Assembly (NCBI GenBank): GCA_964424195.1
Contig: CAYRHT010000002.1
Span: 8,458 to 72,457, forward strand
Source: an uncultured Gammaproteobacteria bacterium
GTDB lineage: Bacteria; Patescibacteriota; Patescibacteriia; UBA1558; S5-K13
Reading direction: 5' to 3'
DNA length: 64,000 nucleotides
The notes beneath the pieces are model-generated. The model was not told the DNA's origin and searched no databases. It saw only the letters and a list, made by a program, of their open reading frames with translations. Of the stretch, positions 1 through 8,684 are shown piece after piece; the stretch's first letter is position 1, and every line of letters begins with the position of its first letter. The position numbers and the translations under genes are program-made.

Positions 1-3000
1 GGTAATTCTAATTCTGGGGAAAATAGAGAATTAAGAGTTTATGGTTATTTAACTGCTGATACTGCTAGTCGCTATACCTCTTTAAAAGTAGATGATACTA
101 ATGATGAATTTTTAATTACTGTAGACCCTAGTATTTTAATGGGAGCAGCAATTCAATTAGCTGATGCAGCTGGAGCTACAGAATTTAGAGTTCGAGATAG
201 TGCTGGTACAGAAGTATTTTCTGTAGATAGTGATGGTGATGTTGAAGCTAATAAGGTTGGAATTAATGTTGCTCCTTCAGCTACTTTAGATATTCAAGGT
301 GATGCTGGTCAGACTAATGATTTATTTGCCATTGCTAGCTCCACTGGTCAAGAATATTTAGCAATGTCAAATTTAGGTAAAACTGTTATAACTGGCAAAG
401 TTGTTAATCCAAATCATGCTGGTGTGATTGAAGACGGTGATGGTGGAGCTGATTTGGAAGAGGCTTATACTGTGGCTGTTTCTGGAGATTATGCTTATGT
501 TGGCAATATGGGCGGTGAGTCTATTGAGATAGTTGATATATCAGATCCAACAAATCCAACCCATCTTTCTAATTTAGCTGACGGTGGTGTTTCTGCCCCT
601 TATTTTACTTCTACAGTATCTGTAGTTGTCTCCGGAGATTATTTGTATGTTTTGTCTTTAGATGGAAATGGAACTTTAAGTATTGTAGATATTTCTAATC
701 CGGCTAATCCTACTTTGAATGGATATATTAAAACTGGTAGTGGTGGAGCAAATTTTTTTAATTCTGATCAATTATATATTTACAAGAATTTTGCCTATAT
801 TACTTATAGTAGCGGATTAGCGATAATAAATGTTTCTGACCCTTATAATCCAACTTGGGCTGATAGTATTGACGATGGTGAGGGAGGAGCTCAATTAGAA
901 GGTGCTTACGGTCTCTATGTAACTAACGACTATGCTTATATAGGAGCTGATGATACTAATGCTTTCGAAATAGTTGATGTTTCTGATCCTTATAATCCAG
1001 TCCATGCTGGTTATTTAGCTGACGGTGGAGCTGGCGCTCCTTATATTGACAATACTTATTCAGTATATGTGTCTGGTAACTATGCTTATTTAGTAGATTA
1101 TACTAGCGGTGCTTTAGAAATAATAGACATTTCTGATCCAACTAGCCCTACTCATGTTGGTAGTTTATTAGATGGCGGAGGAAGTGCTCCTTATTTAAAT
1201 GGAGCGGCATCAATTAAAGTAGCTGGTAGTTATGCTTATATTTCTAGTGTTAGCGGTGCTTTAGAAATAATAGACATTTCTGATCCAGCTAATCCTACTC
1301 ATGTTGGTAGTTTATTAGATGGTGATGGAGGTGTTATGTTAGGGGGTTCTTATAATTTGGATATTTCTGGTAATTATGTTTATATGGTTGCCATGGATGA
1401 TAGTGCTTTAAATATTATAGATATTTCGGGAGTAGAAATATCAAATACAGAAATTGGTTCAGCTAAGATAGATTCATTACAAGTAATGAATAGAGCTCAA
1501 TTTAATCAAGAATTATATGTCAGAGATTCTTTAAGTGTTGGTGGCGGAGCTGGCTTTGGTGGGGCAGTAGTAATTAATATGACTACAACTTCTACAGAAA
1601 TGGGAATCTCTGCTTTGAGTGTCACAGCTACTACTTCTGATAGTTTAGTAAGTTTTAATCAAAAAGGAAGTGGAGATATATTTACTCTTCAAGATGCTGG
1701 AACAAATGTATTTACAGTCGCTGATGGTGGTAATGTTGATATTAGTGGCAATGTTGGTATTAGTACTTCAACACCTTGGGCTCATTTATCAGTAGAGAGT
1801 CAAGGTTCTTTGCCAGGCTTAGTTGTTTCAGATACTTCTAATAACACTGATTTTATTGTAGCTAGTGATGGTCGAGTCGGTATGGGAACTGCTAGTCTGG
1901 GGGAAAATAACTTATATGTTTATAATAGTGAAGCAAATGTAACATTTGGTGATGAGAATAATAGTATAAATTTTAATATCATAGATGAATGGCCTAAGAT
2001 AATTGGAGATTCTAGCTCTGTTGGAGATTGGGCACTTGGTGTTTATGATAGTCTCTCAGAAGAGCATGTGTCATTATCAACAACAAATGATTATGCACTT
2101 CTTTTTGGTACTAATGATAATGAAAGAATGCGTTTAGATACAAGTGGATATTTAGGAATAGCCACTACTACTCCTTGGGGGCAATTATCAGTAGAGGGAC
2201 AAGGTTCTTCACCTAGTTTTGTTATTTCAGACACTTCTAATAATACAGATTTGGTAGTTACTAATACAGGATTTGTAGGGATTGGAAAGTCCAATCCTTC
2301 TTATACTCTAGATGTCTATGCTGGCAGCGGAGTAAGATTTCATGATGATGCTCCTGATGATAGCTATTTAACCTTTGCTGAAGAATTAGGAGATCATTGG
2401 CCAAATATTAAAGGCTATTCAAATGGTAATGCTGATTGGATTTTAGGTGTTTATGAAGAATTTAGTGAAGAAATGAGTCTTTTAACTCATACTAATGATC
2501 CTTTACATTTGGGAACTAATAATACCCAGCGGTTGACAATTGAAGCTGGTGGCGATATTGGTATTGGTACTACTAATCCTCAATCCATGTTTGATGTTAA
2601 TAATCTTTTTCATGTTAGTTCTACTGGAGTAGTTTCAGCTTCAAGTACTTTAACAGCTTATGCCACTACAACTTTAGCTACAGATTTAAGAGTGGATACT
2701 GACACTTTAGTAGTTGATAGTTTTAATGATCGAGTTGGGATTGGCAATGCTAGTCCTTCTAGTGATTTACATATTGGTAGTTATGGTGTTGGAAATACTA
2801 CTTTTAGAATGGAGAGTAGTGGAAATGGATATTTTGGTATTTCGAATTATAGTGGAGAAACAAGATTCACTTCAGGAGCTGCTGCTACTAGTGATAATAT
2901 TATGACTTTTTATACTTCAGATGCTGGTTCAGAAGGTGAAGTTATGAGGATTGATCCTAGTGGTTATTTAGGTATTGGTACTTCATCTCCAACCATGCTT

Positions 3001-6000
3001 TTCCATGTTGGTTCATCTACACCTTCAAGTATAGCTTCAGCTAATTATTATAACTCTGCTTATGTAAGCGGAGATTTAGAAGTAGATGGAACTACTTATT
3101 TAGGAGGTTCTTTAAATATGGGTACTGGAGGTAATATAAATAATCTTCAAACTATAGCTTATAGTGAGGGTGATTCAACTGTATCACTTACTTCTGATTT
3201 TAATATTAAATTAGGTGATCCAGATGAAGCTAATAATGGAACTATTCTTTTTGTAGATGACGATAACGAAGAAGTATCAATAACAAAGAAATTAGTAGTA
3301 ACTGGTAATTTAGAGCTTGGTGGAAATGCAACTGTTACAGCTAGTACAGGAGATTTTACAACCGAAGGTAGATTATTAATTTCAGATGGTAGTGCAGCTT
3401 CTCCGTCTATAGCTTTTAAAGATGATTCTAATACTGGAATTTATCAATTATCAGATAATTCTATGGCTTTAGCCGTTAACGGATCAAGTGCGCTTTATTT
3501 AAATACAACTGCTATGCAAACTAAAGATCATTTACCATTTGTAAATAAATTTTATGATTTAGGCTCTTCTACTAGATATTGGCAAGAGTCTTATGCAGAG
3601 TTTTTATATCTTAATTCTGATTTAGATGCTAGTACTGCTAGTCCAGCCGTAGCTTTTGGTGATGGAGATACTGGTTTTTATGAAATAGCGGATGACCAAC
3701 TTTCTTTAGTAGCGGGAGCAAATGAATTAATAAGATTAGGTTATGATACTATTTCTTCTTCAACTCTAAGTGTGAATGAATTTTATATTAGTGGTTTAGT
3801 AGATTTAGATGTTTCTACAACTACTTATGCGATGAATATTTATAATACTTCTACTGATACTAGTGCTGGCGGATTATATGTTCAGAACGATGGTGGAGGA
3901 CTAGCTTTAGGAGTTTATGGAAATTCTGCTGAATCATTGTTTACTGTAGACTCTAATCAAACAAATATTTATAATCCAGTTAATTTTGAATCTACAGGTG
4001 ATGTTGGTATTGGTTCAGACTTAGTTTTCACAGGAACACCTGGTCACATTATTGGTGAAGGTTCCTTATATTTACAAACAGATTCTTCTTGGGAAGATTT
4101 AAATCTATATTTAAACGCATCTAATGATGGTCGAGTTTATGTTCAGGATATTTTAGAAGTTACTAGTACTACTTTAGCTATGACTGGAACTAGTACTTTT
4201 AGTGGAGGCAATGTTGGTATTGGTACTACTACTCCTTATGCTGCTTTATCCTTAGTTGATACCAACGCTGCAGTGAGTGATAATGTATTTGTAATTTCAA
4301 CTAGTACTAGTGGAGCTATATTCTCAGTTGACGGAGCTGGTAATTATTATTATGACGGTTCTGGTTCTACTCCAGCTGCTGATTATGCTGAGTACTATTA
4401 TACTAACGATACTGATTTAGAATCTGGTGAAGCAGTTTGTATTGATGTGACTCATAATAATGCAGTAGGTCGATGTATGAATGGAGCAGATGGAAATTTA
4501 ATGGGTATTGTTTCTACAGATCCTTCCATAGTTGGTAATGCTAAGCCTGGTTATGCTGAAGATGATCATTATGTAATTGTTGGTATGCTTGGACAAGTAC
4601 CAACTAGAGTTTCTAATGAAAATGGTGCAATTAGACCAGGTGATTCTTTAACTTCAGCTTCTTCAACTCCGGGATATGTAATGCGAGCTGATGCTGGAAA
4701 TCCAACTGTTGGTGTAGCTTTAGAAACATTAGAAGACGAAACTGGAGTTATTAATGTTTTAATTTCTCGAAGGAACAAGAGTTTAACTGTGGCTAAGGTA
4801 GAAGAAGTAATTATTGATCGAATAGCTCAGATGGAAATAGAGGATGAAGTAGCTATTTTAGTAGAACAGGCTGTTGGGGATTACAATTTTGCTTCAACTA
4901 CTGAGGCATTAATTGGAACAGAGATTGCTATCTTACAAGCCCAACTCGATGCTCAAGCTGAAGTTATTAATATATTACAAGGAGATGACTATACTAGTGA
5001 TGATCTTTGGGGTTTTGTAGGAGATGCTTTTGAAATTGGTGATTTTTATCAAGTAGATATTCAGGAAGCTAATTCCTATGCTATTGGTAATTTTAATGAT
5101 ATTTATGTAACCGGAGAAAATTCTGCTGGTTATGGAATTTATAATAAACTTTCTACTGCTAATGATGGTTTAGCTCAAACTGTATTTGGAAATTATAATC
5201 AATTACAGACTTCAAATCGAGAGGACACTGCTTTTGGTTCTTATATAGTCAGTTCAGTTGATACCTTAGATGGTATGCAAGTAGGACAGTATATTAATTT
5301 AGATAATTCTAATACTGAAAATTGGGCAATTATGGTTGATGCTGGTCAGACTTTCTTTGGTGATAATGTTTTAATAGGAGAACAAATGCCAGTGCTTTCT
5401 TGGTCAGATTTTAATTTAAATGGTGATGATTTATTTGTCCAAGGTGATGTAGGAATTGCTGGTAATTTATATATTGATGGTGAATTAAATGTTTTAGGAG
5501 ATGTTCAGTTCGTGGGAAATATTGAAGTAGGGGAGAATATTATTTTAGGTGGAATGCTTTTAAGCTCTAATTCTGGTTATGCAGAGATGTTAGATATTCT
5601 AGAAGATGATTATGAGTTTGGTGATCTAGTGGTAATGAATACTTCTTCGACTACTCGAGCTCGTTTAGCTGATCAAGCTAATAGTGAAATTATCTTAGGT
5701 GTCATTGCTCAAAACCCAGCTATTATAACTTCTAAAGATAAAGAGAATGGTCAGGCTGTAGTTATGTCGGGAACTACCTTGGTAAATGTTACAGCTGCTA
5801 ATGGCTTAATTAAAAAAGGTGATTATTTAACTACTGCTAATGAAATTGGTAAGGCTCAAAAAGTAACTAAAGACGGAGCTGGAATTTTAGGTATTGCTTT
5901 AGAAGACATGGAAGTGCCAACCTCTACTCCAAGTACCTTTGCTAATGATCAAATTTTAGTTCGAGTTCAATTAGGAAATTATTTTACTAGTGGAGCTAGA

Positions 6001-8682
6001 GTAGTAGAAGTTGCTAAATCTGGTGGAGATTTTTCTACTCTCACTGGTGCTTTAAGTTCAATTACTAATAACTCAGCCAAGAATAAATATATAGTTAAAG
6101 TTAAGGCTGGAGAATATGAAGATACTATTACTATGAAACCTTATGTTGATATTATTTGTGAGAATAAAGAAACAGTAAGTATTATTGCTGAAGATGCCCC
6201 AGTAGTAATTGGAGCTAATGATTCTCGAATTGAAGGATGTCATTTAATAGCTAGTGGTACTAATCTAACAGAACCAATTATAGTATCTATCAATAGTACT
6301 TCACCAATTATTTATAATAATATTTTAACTGCTTCAACTACCGAGTTAGCAATTGGTATTAATATTGAGAATACATTAGCTAGTTCTAAATTAGAACCTT
6401 TAATTTCTAATAATGAGTTTAGTTCTAATTTATATCAAGGAATTGTCAATTTTAGTGATGAAACAGAAGCTATTGTGATGAATAATAAATTAGATCAAGT
6501 GACTGGTCAGGCTTTGGCTAGTCTAGGTGGAATTATTAATTCTAATAATAATATATTTAGTGGACAATTGATTGATATTTATGTTAGCGAAGAGGCTAAA
6601 TTATATAGTCAAAATGATACTTATAATACTTTAGAAAATTCAGGAATATTTGTAGATGCTACTTTGAAGGGTGGAGTATTTAATAATTATATTGTTGATG
6701 GTTGGATAGTGTCTCAAGACCAAACAGAAGAAGATTCTTTTGCTATTAATATTAGTGCTGGTGAAGGATATTTAGATGGTATTCATGTGATGACTAGAGA
6801 ATTTAATGATATTCAATTATATGCTACTTCTACTAACTATATTTATATTAATGATGCCGGAGAGATAGAGATTAGTGTTAATAAAGAAGATACTCAGGGA
6901 ATATTATTAGCTGAAGCTCAAACAGATATAGAAAGTATTTTAGTTTTAAATAATGATCGGCAAAATGAAATTGTTGTTGCTAAACAAGGGGGAGACTTTA
7001 CTAGTATTAATGAAGCTTTAAATGCTATTAAATTGAATTCACCTAATAATAGATGGTTAATTACGGTGAAGCCTGGTATTTATAATGAACAAATTACTTT
7101 AAAACCTTATGTTGATTTAGTTGGTTCTGGTCAGAACAATACTAAAGTTACTCAAATCAATAATCCAGTTATTATTGGTGCTAGTCAGTCTTCAATTCAG
7201 AATATTGGTTTAGCATTATATGGTGATGAAATCGGTCAAGAAGTTGTTTCTTTAAATATTGTTAATGAGTTTGGTGAAGCTAATTCTATTGTTGACGGAA
7301 TTTATAAATTTGAAATTTCAGAAGTGTCAGTTGATTATAATAAATTAGAGAGTAGTGAAGTAGCTACTTCATCAGCTATTAAATTAGTGTCAGCTTTAGA
7401 TAATAATCAAGAGTTTGGAATAGCTTCTAGTACTGCTGAATTAGTAGATTTAAGATTAGATAGAGTTGAAATTAAGAATACTGATATTGGTTTAGATTGG
7501 AGTTTAATAGATGATAATTTTGTAGTTGCTACTGACAATTCAGCTACTAGTACAACAGAAATATTGATCAGCCAAGTAGATATTAGTAATTCAAGGTTTA
7601 ATACTAAATTATCAGATATTAGAACTCAAGCATTTATTTTAGAAGATTTTGAATTAAGTAATTATAGTGTAGCTTCTTCTACAACTTCTACTATTCAAGT
7701 TGATTACAATACTTTAATTACTTCTTCATATAATATGTATCTTGGTAGTGGAATAAGTTTTGATTTAGCTTTAGGTACTAAACTATCTACAAGTCATGAT
7801 AATTATGGTCAAGTTTTAGGCAATAATGCTTTAGTATTAGATGACTTTAATAGACAAATTGCTCAGTATGATGATTTATGGCTCTTACAAAATAATGATA
7901 AAGATGTAATTTCAGTTAATGGAGCTGGAAATATATTAATGAGTCCACAAAATGTAATGGTTGATAGTTTTGCTCTAAGTAATGATATTAGTTCTACTAC
8001 TTTGACTGTTTTAGCTATTGAAGATCACGAGGCTGCTCGTTTCTATGGTCCTTTAGTCATTGGTCCAGCTTTAACAGCAAGTTCTACAGCAACTAGTACC
8101 GGTCAAATAGCTGGTATTTCAGAATTAAGATTTTTAAGTGATGCTCAAATTTCTGCTACAGCAAGTTCCACTATTAAAGTCGGTCAAGCTGGTAATACTG
8201 TTGATTTAAATGTGGCCGGAGTAAACTATATTTTACCTGATTCAGCTATTAGAGATACAATTACAGCTTATGTTGATAGTCCTCGAAAAGGAGTTCATGT
8301 TTGGGGCAAGGGAACAAATTCTTGGCAACCTCCAGAAGATATTAAGATTTTGAAATTAAAAGCTCAGTATCATTGTGGTGAAGGTGGTAGTATCAACTTA
8401 AAATTAGAAGATGAGAATAACAGAGTTTTAGCTGAATTGAATGGTCAGAAATGTTCTAATAATTATATTAATATTGAGACAGATGATTTAGATATTAATT
8501 TGGATGAGAATGATGGAATGCATATTGTAATTTCTGAAGTTAAAGGTGGAAAACAAAAAGCTATTTATGGAAAAGAAGGTGAGGTTATTGGTAGAGGAGA
8601 GATTCAAGGAGCTCCTTCTCAATTAACTATGACCTTAGAGTATGTTTATAAAAGAGAATTAGAAAATGGAGGTATTAAATAA
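1..8682 (+). CDS. Giant surface/adhesin protein, 5'-truncated (LVIVD repeats, GNVGIGT tail-fibre-like repeats, two peptidase-G2-like chaperone domains, two pectin-lyase-like beta-helix modules)
   Basis: Frame 1 is open from base 1 (GNSNSGENRELRV...) into the ORF called at 139, so the true start is upstream. Motifs: repeated VSGxYAY...LEIIDISDPxxPxH (LVIVD), GNVGIGT repeats, ADYAEYY...GQVP...IRPGD...VGVALE and GYAEM...IKKGDYL...LGIALE, and two VAKxGGDF starts. Confidence 0.8.
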   Translation, partial: GNSNSGENRELRVYGYLTADTASRYTSLKVDDTNDEFLITVDPSILMGAAIQLADAAGATEFRVRDSAGTEVFSVDSDGDVEANKVGINVAPSATLDIQGDAGQTNDLFAIASSTGQEYLAMSNLGKTVITGKVVNPNHAGVIEDGDGGADLEEAYTVAVSGDYAYVGNMGGESIEIVDISDPTNPTHLSNLADGGVSAPYFTSTVSVVVSGDYLYVLSLDGNGTLSIVDISNPANPTLNGYIKTGSGGANFFNSDQLYIYKNFAYITYSSGLAIINVSDPYNPTWADSIDDGEGGAQLEGAYGLYVTNDYAYIGADDTNAFEIVDVSDPYNPVHAGYLADGGAGAPYIDNTYSVYVSGNYAYLVDYTSGALEIIDISDPTSPTHVGSLLDGGGSAPYLNGAASIKVAGSYAYISSVSGALEIIDISDPANPTHVGSLLDGDGGVMLGGSYNLDISGNYVYMVAMDDSALNIIDISGVEISNTEIGSAKIDSLQVMNRAQFNQELYVRDSLSVGGGAGFGGAVVINMTTTSTEMGISALSVTATTSDSLVSFNQKGSGDIFTLQDAGTNVFTVADGGNVDISGNVGISTSTPWAHLSVESQGSLPGLVVSDTSNNTDFIVASDGRVGMGTASLGENNLYVYNSEANVTFGDENNSINFNIIDEWPKIIGDSSSVGDWALGVYDSLSEEHVSLSTTNDYALLFGTNDNERMRLDTSGYLGIATTTPWGQLSVEGQGSSPSFVISDTSNNTDLVVTNTGFVGIGKSNPSYTLDVYAGSGVRFHDDAPDDSYLTFAEELGDHWPNIKGYSNGNADWILGVYEEFSEEMSLLTHTNDPLHLGTNNTQRLTIEAGGDIGIGTTNPQSMFDVNNLFHVSSTGVVSASSTLTAYATTTLATDLRVDTDTLVVDSFNDRVGIGNASPSSDLHIGSYGVGNTTFRMESSGNGYFGISNYSGETRFTSGAAATSDNIMTFYTSDAGSEGEVMRIDPSGYLGIGTSSPTMLFHVGSSTPSSIASANYYNSAYVSGDLEVDGTTYLGGSLNMGTGGNINNLQTIAYSEGDSTVSLTSDFNIKLGDPDEANNGTILFVDDDNEEVSITKKLVVTGNLELGGNATVTASTGDFTTEGRLLISDGSAASPSIAFKDDSNTGIYQLSDNSMALAVNGSSALYLNTTAMQTKDHLPFVNKFYDLGSSTRYWQESYAEFLYLNSDLDASTASPAVAFGDGDTGFYEIADDQLSLVAGANELIRLGYDTISSSTLSVNEFYISGLVDLDVSTTTYAMNIYNTSTDTSAGGLYVQNDGGGLALGVYGNSAESLFTVDSNQTNIYNPVNFESTGDVGIGSDLVFTGTPGHIIGEGSLYLQTDSSWEDLNLYLNASNDGRVYVQDILEVTSTTLAMTGTSTFSGGNVGIGTTTPYAALSLVDTNAAVSDNVFVISTSTSGAIFSVDGAGNYYYDGSGSTPAADYAEYYYTNDTDLESGEAVCIDVTHNNAVGRCMNGADGNLMGIVSTDPSIVGNAKPGYAEDDHYVIVGMLGQVPTRVSNENGAIRPGDSLTSASSTPGYVMRADAGNPTVGVALETLEDETGVINVLISRRNKSLTVAKVEEVIIDRIAQMEIEDEVAILVEQAVGDYNFASTTEALIGTEIAILQAQLDAQAEVINILQGDDYTSDDLWGFVGDAFEIGDFYQVDIQEANSYAIGNFNDIYVTGENSAGYGIYNKLSTANDGLAQTVFGNYNQLQTSNREDTAFGSYIVSSVDTLDGMQVGQYINLDNSNTENWAIMVDAGQTFFGDNVLIGEQMPVLSWSDFNLNGDDLFVQGDVGIAGNLYIDGELNVLGDVQFVGNIEVGENIILGGMLLSSNSGYAEMLDILEDDYEFGDLVVMNTSSTTRARLADQANSEIILGVIAQNPAIITSKDKENGQAVVMSGTTLVNVTAANGLIKKGDYLTTANEIGKAQKVTKDGAGILGIALEDMEVPTSTPSTFANDQILVRVQLGNYFTSGARVVEVAKSGGDFSTLTGALSSITNNSAKNKYIVKVKAGEYEDTITMKPYVDIICENKETVSIIAEDAPVVIGANDSRIEGCHLIASGTNLTEPIIVSINSTSPIIYNNILTASTTELAIGINIENTLASSKLEPLISNNEFSSNLYQGIVNFSDETEAIVMNNKLDQVTGQALASLGGIINSNNNIFSGQLIDIYVSEEAKLYSQNDTYNTLENSGIFVDATLKGGVFNNYIVDGWIVSQDQTEEDSFAINISAGEGYLDGIHVMTREFNDIQLYATSTNYIYINDAGEIEISVNKEDTQGILLAEAQTDIESILVLNNDRQNEIVVAKQGGDFTSINEALNAIKLNSPNNRWLITVKPGIYNEQITLKPYVDLVGSGQNNTKVTQINNPVIIGASQSSIQNIGLALYGDEIGQEVVSLNIVNEFGEANSIVDGIYKFEISEVSVDYNKLESSEVATSSAIKLVSALDNNQEFGIASSTAELVDLRLDRVEIKNTDIGLDWSLIDDNFVVATDNSATSTTEILISQVDISNSRFNTKLSDIRTQAFILEDFELSNYSVASSTTSTIQVDYNTLITSSYNMYLGSGISFDLALGTKLSTSHDNYGQVLGNNALVLDDFNRQIAQYDDLWLLQNNDKDVISVNGAGNILMSPQNVMVDSFALSNDISSTTLTVLAIEDHEAARFYGPLVIGPALTASSTATSTGQIAGISELRFLSDAQISATASSTIKVGQAGNTVDLNVAGVNYILPDSAIRDTITAYVDSPRKGVHVWGKGTNSWQPPEDIKILKLKAQYHCGEGGSINLKLEDENNRVLAELNGQKCSNNYINIETDDLDINLDENDGMHIVISEVKGGKQKAIYGKEGEVIGRGEIQGAPSQLTMTLEYVYKRELENGGIK
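1104..1322 (+). repeat. 72-bp near-identical intragenic direct repeat (1104-1175 / 1251-1322) in LVIVD repeats
   Basis: tagcggtgctttagaaataatagacatttctgatcca-(actagc/gctaat)-cctactcatgttggtagtttattagatgg occurs twice with 3 mismatches. Confidence 0.9.
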
Positions 8683-8684
8683 TT

